In this document: piece after piece, positions 24,024 to 36,440 of the stretch
How positions within the stretch are numbered: the first letter of the stretch is position 1
How the letters are laid out: each line of letters starts with the position of its first letter
Assembly: GCA_030390025.1 (NCBI GenBank)
Contig: CM059431.1
Span: 114,640,001 to 114,704,000, forward strand
Source: Squalus acanthias
Taxonomy: Eukaryota
Length of the DNA: 64,000 bases
Direction: 5' to 3'
Program-made: the position numbers and the translations under genes
Notes under the pieces: model-generated
Seen by the model: only the letters and a program-made list of their open reading frames with translations
Told to the model about the DNA's origin: nothing
The model's database searches: none

Positions 24024-25099
24024 ATACCAACTTAAGTCTATAAGCCCTGAAATTGTGAGACTCTGCTCTTGGTACAGAATCATGCAAGTTTAGGGCAATA
24101 TTGTTGGATAAGTAGCAGGCACTGTAAGGAAATACCCTTAGATAAGTATCAGATGGCATGTTGAAGTAACATTGGGCACAGTAGCCTGGCTGTGTGTCTG
24201 ATCAGTAACACGACCAGTGGAACTAGCCTGCCTTAGCGGAGTATCCTTTGCCCTATGTCATTCCAACCCACTTGCTCATTTGAACTAGTTGTGTATTGGG
24301 AGCCACAGAGAAGCTGTGTAACTGTAATTAATAGTTAAAATGTAATCCGCTGTCATTTATTTTGGAGTAAATAATTACAATATCAAGTATTTACCCCCAG
24401 TCTCTAACATAGCTTCTCCTTAAAGAATGGAAGAAATTGTGATGTCTTCCCATTCTAACTGGCCAGCTTTTTTTCTTATAAAGCACTTTGGAGAAGTTTC
24501 AGTTCATATGCAAGGTGCCACTAGTGCTTCCTGATCTGGTAAACTATCTCCAATAATGCAACTTGGAATGTATTTATTTTTCATATACAGTATTGTTGCT
24601 CATGAAGAGGTTTCAGTGCTAGAATATACATCAGGCACGTAAACACTGCTGTATGCAATCAAACACAGTGAACACGTGAAGACAACACATACAGAATGTG
24701 ATGAAGCACAAGAGACTTGCCCTTTTGTTTATCCTCCACATGTTTTTTTTAAATCCAAAGAAGCAAACCGACAGCTGTCCCAAGCATTTCTATGGCGATA
24801 TATATTTCCAAATGTAGTATAACATTTTGTGAATCTCCCAACTACTGTATTTTTCAAAATTTTAAAAATAACTTCATTGTAGCATTAAATCTTAAATTAG
24901 ACGGCATGAAACATTCTGGAATTGCAGAAGCTTGTAGACATACTGGACTCAAATTACCACCTCATGCACCCCTATTGGTACTATACAGCTATCATTAGCT
25001 CACATTGTGCTCAATCATAGTGCAGATAATGCACTAGCACCTAGAAAACTACTCACCTTAGTTTCTTCCAGAAACAGCAATAGGAATCTACTACTAAGA

Positions 25100-25644
25100 A
25101 CATAAGATATAGGAGCAGGAGTAGGCCATTTGGCCCTTCGAGCCTGCTCCGTCATTCAATAAGATCATGGCTGATCTTCTACCTCATCTCCACTTTCCTG
25201 AACTATTCCCATATCCCTTGATACTCTTAATATTCAATAATCTATCGATCTCTGTCTTGAATAAACTCAACGACTGAGCCTCCACAGCCCTCTGGGGTAG
25301 AGAATTCCAAAGATTCACCACCCTCTGAGTGAAGAAATTTCTCCTCATCTCAGTCCTAAATGGCCGACACCTTATTCTGAGACTGTGACCCCTGGTTCTA
25401 GACTCCCCAGCCAGGGGAAACATCCTCCCTGCATCTACCCTGTCAAGCCCTGTAAGAATTTTGTATGTTTCAATGAGATCACCTCTCATTCTTCTAAACT
25501 CTAGAGAATATAGGCCTCGTCTACTCAATCTCTCCTCATAGGACAATCCCCCCCATCCCAGGAACCAGTCTGGTGAACCTTCATTGCACTCTCTCTATGG
25601 CAAGTATATCCTTCCTTAGGTAAGGAGATCAAAACTGTACAGAA
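25100..25644 (-). mobile_element. CR1/HER1-like LINE, 5'-truncated
   Basis: SYEERLSRRGLYSLEFRRMRGDLIETYKIL...RVVNLWNSLP; flanking tactaaga at 25092-25099 and 25645-25652. Confidence 0.9.
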
Positions 25645-27235
25645 TACTAAGACTCAAAGGAGTGGGTAGAATATGATTGTGCATTCTAAATGAATTGCTA
25701 CTGTATTCTCCCCTTATAGTAGTTCTGAAGATAGTAAAGATAATTAGACATGGATGATTGTGTATTTGATGTAAACAAAGAGTTCTTGTATAATTGGGAC
25801 CATATAAATGACATCTATGCAAGGCAGACTATAACATTACATTGATTACAGTTTCACTCAATTACCTTCAAATTCATGAAGAGATTTAACTGAGTTTCTC
25901 CCTTCTTGAGAATATTATCCATAGTTATTGAACTTAGTGAAAAGAGTTAATAAAATAGGGAGAATCCATGACATGATCCCTTGGAAGAAATGGGTTAAAT
26001 GGGTCAAAAGATATTTTCTCAACCTACACTTTCTCATGAACAATATTTAACATTAATTTATCCTAACGACTGACAGGAATTCACAATCAGTACACATTGG
26101 AATATGTTTGTAAAAATGTAAAGCTCAGGAAATTGAATAACTAGGTCATATTTTGAACTTACATATGATGCTCTCTAAATTCCTGGCCACCCAGATTAAA
26201 ATGGCTACAGAAACAGCCAAGTGCAGGCACATAATAAAACCGCTCATCGTGGTCAGCAAACACCAGCAGGAATAATGTCAAGCACTTGCCGGGTGACATT
26301 ATGCTACTTGTGCTCCATAAATTGTACTTGTGGCACAGGGGAGAGGTCTCACGGCCATGATCTTGTAAATGACAAGTTCCTATAGTTAGTTAAAGTGGTA
26401 CATGATGGACTGCAAAAAGGATACAGGTTCTTCAGCTGTGACTGTTATTAGATCACTGGTAGGAAAATCAATAGTTACATCATTGCCCTCACTTCTCTTG
26501 CTGTCTCTTTTCATTTTCCAACGAGTTTTACCTTGTTTCTTACACACTGTATGTGACATAACTGTGTAGAATGCCATCAACTCAATGGACCTCTATTACG
26601 CTGTTGGTTTTGTACGTGATAGAATGGACAGTTCTAAATGCACTTATTACTTCTGCAGCCTAACCGTTCAGAGCCATTTATTTCAATAAGCATAGTGTAA
26701 ATATCTTACTTTCATTTTTATGACTTTTATACCAAAAAAAATACAACTTAAACAGAATTACAGAAAATAAAAAACATATAGTTATTAACTTTAATAAATG
26801 AGTATGTTTTTCCTATAAGTCTTTCAAGGAAGTAAGATGGATGTAGTTCATGAGTCTACCTTCAAAATGAGCCAATAATTCCACAGAACCTCCTTGTGTT
26901 TTCCCTGACCTCCTATTGATTCCATGTCAGCTTCCCTTCTCTTTCCTTATAGATCTCTATTACAGCTTTTGGCCCTTTTCCAAACTTGTTCGTGCCATTT
27001 CCATAAGGTCAGAGTTCCCTTCAACTTCCAATTCATCCAACTAAGCCTCCCTGTATGCAGTCGTACTTCATGCCTGGTATATGTGTGTATCCACTAGACA
27101 GGAGGATCAAAAAGCAGCAAGAAACTTATTTGTTGATTTCAGATCAAAGCTCACTAAAGTTCAGAACACTGCTGAACAGACGGTGCACGCCACCAGGCTC
27201 TAGACAGTCCCTCCAACACTTTTCATCTTCTCTAT

Positions 27236-29318
27236 GCCGGAATTTTATCTTGGAGGTGGGTAGGGAGCTGGGCTGGGGGGTTGGGGGGGTGGTGCTGCAA
27301 TGCGGTCGGGAAACCCCGGAGGACTGGTTGCTCTCAGACCCTGCCGAATTCAACGACAGGGCCTGATTAACATTTAGCTTCGCGGTTTCCTGCTGCCCCA
27401 GTGGCACCAGGTCTCAGAGGAGGGAGGGAGGGATCTGGCGGGGGGGGGTCGAAGGATGGAGATGGCGGAGGGCTCCAAGGATGGAGATGGCGGAGGGCTC
27501 CAAGGATGGAGATGGCGGAGGGCTCCAAGGATGGAGATGGCGGAGGGCTCCAAGGATGGAGATGGCGGAGGGCTCCAAGGATGGAGATGGCGGAGGGCTC
27601 CAAGGATGGAGATGGCGGAGGGCTCCAAGGATGGAGATGGCGGAGGGCTCCAAGGATGGAGATGGCGGAGGGCTCCAAGGATGGAGATGGCGGAGGGCTC
27701 CAAGGATGGAGATGGCGGAGGGCTCCAAGGATGGAGATGGCGGAGGGCTCCAAGGATGGAGATGGCGGAGGGCTCCAAGGATGGAGATGGCGGAGGGCTC
27801 CAAGGATGGAGATGGCGGAGGGCTCCAAGGATGGAGATGGCGGAGGGCTCCAAGGATGGAGATGGCGGAGGGCTCCAAGGATGGAGATGGCGGAGGGCTC
27901 CAAGGATGGAGATGGCGGAGGGCTCCAAGGATGGAGATGGCGGAGGGCTCCAAGGATGGAGATGGCGGAGGGCTCCAAGGATGGAGATGGCGGAGGGCTC
28001 CAAGGATGGAGATGGCGGAGGGCTCCAAGGATGGAGATGGCGGAGGGCTCCAAGGATGGAGATGGCGGAGGGCTCCAAGGATGGAGATGGCGGAGGGCTC
28101 CAAGGATGGAGATGGCGGAGGGCTCCAAGGATGGAGATGGCGGAGGGCTCCAAGGATGGAGATGGCGGAGGGCTCCAAGGATGGAGATGGCGGAGGGCTC
28201 CAAGGATGGAGATGGCGGAGGGCTCCAAGGATGGAGATGGCGGAGGGCTCCAAGGATGGAGATGGCGGAGGGCTCCAAGGATGGAGATGGCGGAGGGCTC
28301 CAAGGATGGAGATGGCGGAGGGCTCCAAGGATGGAGATGGCGGAGGGCTCCAAGGATGGAGATGGCGGAGGGCTCCAAGGATGGAGATGGCGGAGGGCTC
28401 CAAGGATGGAGATGGCGGAGGGCTCCAAGGATGGAGATGGCGGAGGGCTCCAAGGATGGAGATGGCGGAGGGCTCCAAGGATGGAGATGGCGGAGGGCTC
28501 CAAGGATGGAGATGGCGGAGGGCTCCAAGGATGGAGATGGCGGAGGGCTCCAAGGATGGAGATGGCGGAGGGCTCCAAGGATGGAGATGGCGGAGGGCTC
28601 CAAGGATGGAGATGGCGGAGGGCTCCAAGGATGGAGATGGCGGAGGGCTCCAAGGATGGAGATGGCGGAGGGCTCCAAGGATGGAGATGGCGGAGGGCTC
28701 CAAGGATGGAGATGGCGGAGGGCTCCAAGGATGGAGATGGCGGAGGGCTCCAAGGATGGAGATCGCGGAGGGCTCCAAGGATGGAGATTGTGGAGGGCTC
28801 GGAAGGCTGGAGGTTGGAGGTGGTGGTGGGGGCGCTAGAGAGAGGGTCGGGGGCCGAGTATCAAAGGCATGAGGGGGGATCAGCGATCGGAGGCCTCGTG
28901 GCGGGGGGTGGGGGGGGGTGGTTGGAGGCCTCGGTGGGGGAGATCAGAGGTGTCGGGGGTGTCCGATCATGGGGGGGTTGGGCAAGGCAGGAACGCTGGA
29001 TCCAACAGGTAAGTGTAAAGGCACTTACCTCCTGGATCCAGCAGTCCTCGCCTTCCTTTAGCTGAAGGGTTCCCCGAGGCCAGGGAAACCCGCCCGCCCA
29101 CAGTTAAATTTAAAATTGTGATTCAAAATGAGGCATGCAGCCTCATTATAATATTTAAAGTGCCAACCCGCCTCCAGGGAGCGGGTTGGCTGCCCGCCCC
29201 CATGGCCCACCTCCATTAAAACCGGAAGTGGGCAGGTTGGGGTCGGGATTCAGATTTTTAAAATTTTAACCTCCCACCCGATCCCAACCCGCCCATTTTT
29301 TGGAGTTGAAATACCCCC
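27236..29318. mobile_element. Harbinger-type MITE (family A) containing an expanded minisatellite
   Basis: Ends gccggaatttt / gaaataccccc; TSD TAT (27233-27235, 29319-29321); similar to 1230-2048. Confidence 0.75.
27452..28801. repeat. 25-bp minisatellite (AAGGATGGAGATGGCGGAGGGCTCC)x54
   Basis: 1350 bp / 25; 52 identical units followed by two variant units (gatcg, gattgt). Confidence 0.97.
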
Positions 29319-29719
29319 TATAACTTTTTTGGTCTATCTAGTAATTTCAACCGTGCAACCTTCTGATGAGGACAATGCCTCCCCCTCCATATGATCAAGC
29401 ACCTCCTTAATTGCATTATGTACCATGTAGAGAGGTCCATTTTGTAAAGCAGTGCAACTTGCTATAAGATTGTCTCATTCTATTCCTTTTGTACTTCTGT
29501 AACTTTGGCAAAGTCATTTGGGAAGACAAGAATTATCCCAAAGCTGTACAACATGTTGAAGTACCAGTGCATGGCAGAATCATCTCAAGATGCTATTGCT
29601 CACTTCTTAACAGCAGGGTCAGAATAGTATTAGCAGACGTTACCAAGCAATTTTCTCCACCTGCCTTTCTGAATGTCCTAGGAGATGAAAAAAAAACATT
29701 AAGAAGGGTAAAAGAAAAA

Positions 29720-30055
29720 AACTAGGAAATTATAAGCCGATTAGTCTGAGGCCAGTTGTGGGGAAGTTAGTAGAATCTGTTATTAGGGACATGGTGACTG
29801 AGCATTTGGGCAAATATGAGCTGATCAGAGAGAGCCAGCATGGATTTGTAAAGGGTAAGTCATGTCTAACGAACCTAGTTAAATTTTTTGAGGAGCTAAC
29901 TAACATGATAGATAAGGGAGTGCCTGCAAATGTTATTTATATGGACTTGCAGAAGGAATTCGAAAAGGTTCCACATAAGAGACTGTTAACAAACATGAGA
30001 GCACGTGGAATTAGAGTCAACCTGTTGGCTTGGATAGGGAATTGGCTAGGAGGTT
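29720..30055 (+). mobile_element. CR1-like LINE RT fragment
   Basis: GNYKPISL, LIRESQHGFVKGKSCLTNL, YMDLQKEFEKVPHKRLL. Confidence 0.85.
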
Positions 30056-30674
30056 GGACACTTCTGGCCAGGAATAGTGGTGGCACCATATGCAGCCTAG
30101 ATATAGGGTAGTGTGAGTCAACTCCCATAGAGTCGAAGTAAGGCACTCCGACCCGTACTGGAGCGACTAATGCTACTGAACTGTAGAAGATATGTAGGTC
30201 AGAACTTTACTCTCAAAACCTGCCTTCTCAAAGCCTTTCTTTTTTTTTTAAAAGAGCTGACTGATATTGAACATGGGTTTTTCTCTCCATTTTGTTAATT
30301 CTGACCCCAGGAGGCAGAATCTCATTAGACAACGCTGGAGCTACCCTTCCTGAGCTCAAATGAATTGAGCCATCTCAACCAGAATAGGTGTGAATAATCA
30401 CTTAATATCCAAGCTGACTTTCATTGTCTGAAGCACGCTGGTTTAGATACCCCATCTGAATTCTAACCTACACCTCCCAACCCTGCTGTCTTGTGAATTT
30501 AAACCCTTTAGAGCTAACTTTACCTCAATAGTGACATTAACAGATACTTTACCAAGTTTCCTCCATGGTGGCCTATGCAAAAATCCTGAAATCACGACAG
30601 GAACCTCAGTGAACTCAAGGCTCAACATGTTCAAACAAAGCCAATAGAATGTTGACCTACATAACCAAATCAGT

Positions 30675-31170
30675 AGCGTGCAAGTCAGAGGAAGTCTTGA
30701 TCGAACCGTACAGTGCTCTGGTCGGACCTCATCTGGAGTAGTGTCCAGTTCTGGTCACCAAGAAACAAGGTTGATATTCAAGTGCCAGAGGCAGTGCAGA
30801 GAAGAGTCTTGAGGTTGATCCACGGTATCAGGATTCTGAGCTATGAGGAAAAACTGGAGACACTTGGCTTTTCAGCATGGGAAAGCAGTGTCTGAGAGAT
30901 GATCTTAAAGAGGTGTATAAGGTTGTGAAGTGTACGGAAACAGTGATTCACAATTGCAAAATTAAGTTGTGAAAGGGGAAATAGGTTCAAACTAGTAAAT
31001 GATAATATTATGACTTAATTAGGAAGTTCTTCTCCACACAGGGAGTGATCAATGCTTGGAATTGGTGTCTAGCCACAATGGTGGAGGTGAAAACCCTGGA
31101 ATCATTGAAAGAACAATTAGATGTAGCAATGGTGGTACTATAGGATTGTTCTAGATGGATGAACTATGAT
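30675..31170 (+). mobile_element. Decayed CR1-like LINE 3' fragment
   Basis: VQFWSP...EAVQRR...LSYEEKLETLG motifs. Confidence 0.7.
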
Positions 31171-31907
31171 ATAGCTGAGGAAGGTCCTTCAGCCTAAGTA
31201 TTAGAATCCTCTGATTTTCAGATATCAATATAGATCTTGTTCATACTGCCCTACCTTTCATTCGACTTTCTAGGAACCATATTTGAGCCATGCAGGATCC
31301 TTCCCAAGATGGCTTAGCTGAAACTGTTTGCCCAAGAATATAAATGTGAACAGCAATACAAACTAGGTGCTTCTAGCTGAGAGTCTCTGACAATAAAGTA
31401 GGCTCCCATAAATAGCTGCATGTACGTATTTTAAAAAGCCATTATGATCAGTTCTTAAATGTATTTCTTTGTTATGTTAGAATATTGATCCATTGGTCTG
31501 TTCTGTATAAGAATAGGATAGGTGGGCTGAAACATCAATTATAGAAACATAAACCTTCCGGGTAGGAAGGTAATCGTTTGTGCATTGATCTGTTTCTCAA
31601 AGTGCCTATATCGTGACTTTTTTGGCTGAAATTGTTACATTAGAATTTATGGTTTCATTATTGATACTGGGTTTATGCCACCTCCAATGTAAACCAGGAT
31701 CACTTGTTGGTTTGGAACTCTCCAGATATTTTCAAAATAGTTCAATGTGGAGCTTTTTGAGTGCCAGAATGGCTGCTTTTAGCAGCTGTGTACGTGCTGT
31801 TCAAACGTCTCAAAAACACACTGTACTTGCACAAAACTGACTTTGTGAACTTGTGAAAATGTATAAACACAGCCTGCTCTTAATTAAAAGTCACTTAATT
31901 CAAATAA

Positions 31908-32284
31908 AGTTTAGAAGAATGAGAGGTGATCTCATTGAAACATATAAAATTCTTACAGGGCTTGACAGGGTAGATGCAGGGAGGATGTTTCCCCTGGCTG
32001 GGGAGTCTAGAACCAGGGGTCACAGTCATTTAGGACTGAGATGAGAAGAAATTGCTTCACTGGTGAATCTTTGGAATTCTGTACCCCAGAGGGCTGTGGA
32101 GGCTCAGTCGTTGAGTAGATTCAAGACAGAGATCGATAGATTTTTGAATATTAAGGGAATCAAGGGATATGGGGATAGTTCAGGAAAGTGGAGATGAGGT
32201 AGAAGATCAGCCATGATCTTATTGAATGGCAGAGCAGGCTCGAAAGGCCAAATGGCCTACTCCTGCTCCTATTTCTTATTTTCT
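31908..32284 (+). mobile_element. CR1/HER1-like LINE 3' end
   Basis: FRRMRGDLIETYKILTGLDRVDAG; near-identical inverted copy of 25100-25500 with small deletions. Confidence 0.9.
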
Positions 32285-32423
32285 TCTGTAAATGATCTGA
32301 TAATTCATTTATTTTCGCACTAAAATCCCCTTTCATTGTGTTATTTAGGTTGTGCTGTTTCTCCAGGGCTTCCGCTGAAGTTACAGCTGTAGATCGGGAG
32401 AACCCCTTGGAATGGTCACGCAA

Positions 32424-32840
32424 GATAAGCTTGGCTCGGTGGTAGCGCACTTGCTTCTGAGTCAGAAGGTTTTAAGTTGAAGTTCCATGATGCAATTGGG
32501 CACATAATGGACGGCTGATACCTCTGTGCAGGACTGAAGGAGTCCCCCACTTTCAGAGATGTCTATTTTCAGATGAGAAGTTAAAACAAGGCCTTGTCTA
32601 CCTATTCAGATGGATGTAAAAAACAATCCCTATTTTAAGAAGAAAGGGACTTCTCCTGATGTCCTCGTCAACATTTCCCCTCAACCAAAACCACACACAA
32701 AGAAAGGATTATCGGCTCATTCATTCAGTTACTGCTCGTGAGACCTTTCTGTTTGCAAATAGGTTGCTTAGCTTGCTTACATATCAACACTGACTGCACT
32801 TCAAAAAGTAATCTTTGGGACGTCCTGATGACATGAACTG
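32424..32840 (+). mobile_element. Old DeuSINE
   Basis: tggctcggtggtagc...ctgagtcagaagg head; degenerate Deu domain. Confidence 0.65.
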
Positions 32841-33179
32841 TACTATACTGAATCTTCAAATAGTGACGGTAAATATTTATGGCATTGTTACCCAGAGCTA
32901 TGAATACCCGGAGTGAGTCCCTCTGTGCACGAGTCCCCATTTGGTACTGTGCATCCACACTTGATCTGCTCATGGATGCGCACTCGATCCAGTCGCGCGC
33001 GCATGCACGCCCAACGTTGTGGCAGCTGCGGCCAGCACCGGCACATTTCCTCGTCTCCCTGTGCAGAAGGTCAGGGGATCAGATGGGGAAAGGCAGAGGA
33101 GAGGGATTGAAGGTGGGAGGGAGAGAGGAGCTCGCAGGGGGAGAGTTGAGCTCGCAGGGGGAAAGAAGGTCAGAAGCTC

Positions 33180-33227
33180 TGGGGGGGGGGGAGGTGGTCA
33201 GGAACGTGGGGGAGAAGGTCGGGAACT

Positions 33228-33265
<38 letters not shown>

Positions 33266-33430
33266 CAGGAATTTGGAGAGAGAATGTCAGGAATTTGGTT
33301 AGGAACTGGGGGGGGAGGGATGGTCAGGAACTCGGGGGAGAAGGTCAGGAACTCGGGGGTGGGGGGGGCAGGGGGAGAAGGTTAGGAACTGGGGGGGGAG
33401 GGGAAGGTCAGGAACTTGTTGGGGGGGCAC
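33180..33430. repeat. Degenerate ~20-bp G-rich tandem repeat with embedded (GA)n
   Basis: Repeated gggggagaaggtcaggaact variants; (GA)n at 33229-33260. Confidence 0.7.
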
Positions 33431-35601
33431 GGTGAGAACAGTGGGAAGGGGGGAAGAAAGTGATCCAGGTTTAAAGGGGGGGTGGGGGGGAGTGGTGGAA
33501 TGAGAGCAAGAACATGATCCAGTTGGGAAGATGGATCACATTCTCCTGCCCGTTGTTAGGCCAAGATCACATTCTTCCACCCCCCACCCCCTTTACACCT
33601 GCACCACGTTCTCCCTCTCCTCTCCTCCCCCACCCCCCACAACCCCCCCAAGCTCCCATACAGCATTGCACTTCGAGCTCCTTCCAGCCTCTTCCTCCAT
33701 TGGGGTCATCTGCAAGCTCTGTTTAAACAAAAGGATATTAAACTAAATCAAAATTCTTAGTGTTTCATTTATAAAGAAGAGTAGAATTGGCAACTGTCAC
33801 TTTCTAAGATACTGGGCAGGGTTGTACAACTCAATTATAGTGAGGTGCATTAAGCTGCTGCGTAAAATGATGCAGGGCTTCATAGAGTATCAGGTTGATA
33901 ATGTAAAATCATGAGATCTCACAGAACATTAGATATCTTTGGACAGTCAATTATATATTAATATAGCTCAATGTAATACAAATAGAAATAAAAGCGTTTG
34001 ATTATTTGAAGAAAAGATATAAGTTGCTAAACTATGTTAACTCCTTCTGAACAAAGATTACACAATAAACGTGTTGTTTGCAAGTCTATTGGGAGAATCA
34101 TTTTATAAGAATGATTTGAAGATTAACCTTGGACCGGCCAACCTGCATAATTGTGCACTGCATTCCCCAATTAACCACAAACTATAGACATATCTATAAA
34201 TTTTAGGCACCAACTTACGATTTAGATTTATTAAGGAAGTTAGCAAATAGGACAGGTAACTTGCTGCGCTGTCTATTTTATTTAATCACAGTGTGTGACA
34301 GAAAAGACCAATACAAGGTTCCATTTCTGTGCTCCCCTTACGCTACAGAGCTCTGTGCTTTGTGTGCAGAGCAGCCTGTAATTGGATAATTAGAAAAAGT
34401 GATTAATTACTGTGGATTTACTGGGCTGAGAAATGATAAATGTCTTTGAATTTGCTGCAGCAGAACAAAGGACAACAGAAACTGTGTGCACTTTTCAAGC
34501 TGATTTTGTGGTTGCAACTGATCAGTCATTATTGGTGTTTCTTTCCAGGAATCAAGTTCCACGGTGAGGCTGCTGCCACTTCACTCGGATATGCTCAGGG
34601 AGAAAAAAAGGGGGTGCCTGCCAATTGTTTATCATTAGGTATGCAAAGAAGAGGATACTTTTCAAGTATTGTTAAATGCGAAGAATAGAATGAATTCATC
34701 AGAGACAATGGGAGTCAGCTTCAACAGCAATGAGAGAAACAATCATCGGACATGTCACAGCGCTGTGCTAAAACACCTACTTACAAGTCAGTCACTGCTG
34801 ATTGTAAACCTGATTTAAGCAATCTAGAAATTCCCCCTGGTAACACTCACTCTTTTCCTTTATCTGAACGTGTGCACACAGTTAGGGGTGAAAGGATAAG
34901 CATTAGCAGTGAAACTGTATCCTCATTGCAGATTCTAATGTAAATGATTAAAAACAAATGGTCAGCCAAACCACATGTTTTTTGTTGGCCACGTTGTGCC
35001 TACTTTCCTTCAGACGGAGTTGTCATTTAAAATTCTCGCACAGCTTGCCACTGATGGCGAGTGGATAACACCTGTAGTTGGCAGCACGTGAGGCTTGGCT
35101 AAATGATTAACAGCAGATCTTCTTCCCTGTTCGCTCACTCTTTGGGGGCTATTTTGGGGAAAGGGTGAAAACAGGTGCTGTGCTAATGAGACACGCCCGT
35201 TTAAAAGTCAGGTTTTCGCCCGCTATTTTGGGGCTAACTGCTGATTACCAAGATTGTCAGGAACTGGAACGCTCCAACTGAAAAGGGAGTTGGAAGGTTG
35301 GGAGGTGAGGATGAGGAAATTACAGGGTTACGGACAAAAAGCGGGAATGTGGGACAAAGCACAACTGCTCTTTCAAGGAGCCAGCACAGGCACCATGGGC
35401 CGAATGGCCTCCTTCTGTGCTGTAAGTTTCTATGATTCTATTTAAATGTGTCTGGAGGCACCAAAACAGAGCCCTGCATGTTTAGCACTCTAGCGTTGAT
35501 TTGGAGCAATTTTCCTGGAGCGTTATAGGTAGCCTCCGTGCACGCACTTCCGCTGAACGTGTGGGGTGCGCTGGCTGACAGACAACGGCGCACATATGAG
35601 G

Positions 35602-35841
35602 ATGGCTCAGGGACCGAGGGAGAGGTCTCTCAGCTTCTCAGAGGTGGCACTGGAAGTCCTGGTCGAGATGGTTCAGCGGAGGAGGGACGTCCTGTACCCG
35701 CAGGGGGGAAGGAGGCCACAGAGGCAACTAATGCGGCGGATGTGGGCAGAGAGCGCTGAGGAGGTCACAGCCAGGAGCACTGCCCCCAGGACATGGCTCC
35801 AGTGCTGCAAAAAATGTAATTATTTGACACGTGCGGTCAAG
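35602..35841 (+). pseudogene. Harbinger Myb/SANT-like gene exon 1
   Basis: MAQGPRERSLSFSEVALEVLVEMVQRRRDVLYP...WAESAEEV...RTWLQCCKK; donor aag|gtaaga; next exon at 36040 (ttccag|DKIAHNR). Confidence 0.8.
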
Positions 35842-36440
35842 GTAAGATCCCATCTCACAAATACACTTCTCAATAACTGCACCACCACCAGCACCACATC
35901 TAACTATACACTAACATTCACACATCCCACACTATTGCATCCTACACAGACACGACTCACACCTCAGACACATCTCACAGCTCTTCAACCAAGTGAGGCA
36001 TAACACGCACGCGCACACGCACACCTCTTTCTCTTCCAGGACAAGATAGCACATAACAGGAGTCAGCAGGACCTGACCAGGGGGAGGGGAAGCACAACAC
36101 CATGAGATCACTCTCTTTGAGGAGGCAGTGCTGGCGGAAATCGGGAGGGGAGTAGCAGACCACAGACCGAGCTGGGCTATGTGGCCACTCCAGTTTCCTT
36201 ACATATCCACAACGATTCCTGATCCCTAATCTCCCAAACCTATCCTCACTCCCAAGCTCCATATGGTCCCATCACACACATCCTCCTGTAGTGGCCACAC
36301 GTGCTGCACCCTAAACCTTTCAGCCTTATCATTGCAGGCTCCCAGGAGCAATGGAAGAGGATGAAGAGCCACCTCGTCCCCCTCGGAGGAGGAGGAGGAG
36401 GGGGGAGTAGGGTAGGGAGGAAGAAGGCACTGCGTCAATC

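Noticed and set aside
27452..28801. CRISPR-like array
   Set aside because: Contiguous identical units with no spacers, no cas genes, eukaryotic context
27367..29065. Six 450-550 aa ORFs
   Set aside because: Artefacts of a stop-free 25-bp tandem repeat; all frames give the same periodic peptide
32879..33435. Gly/Glu/Arg-rich ORFs
   Set aside because: Low-complexity G-rich repeat translation
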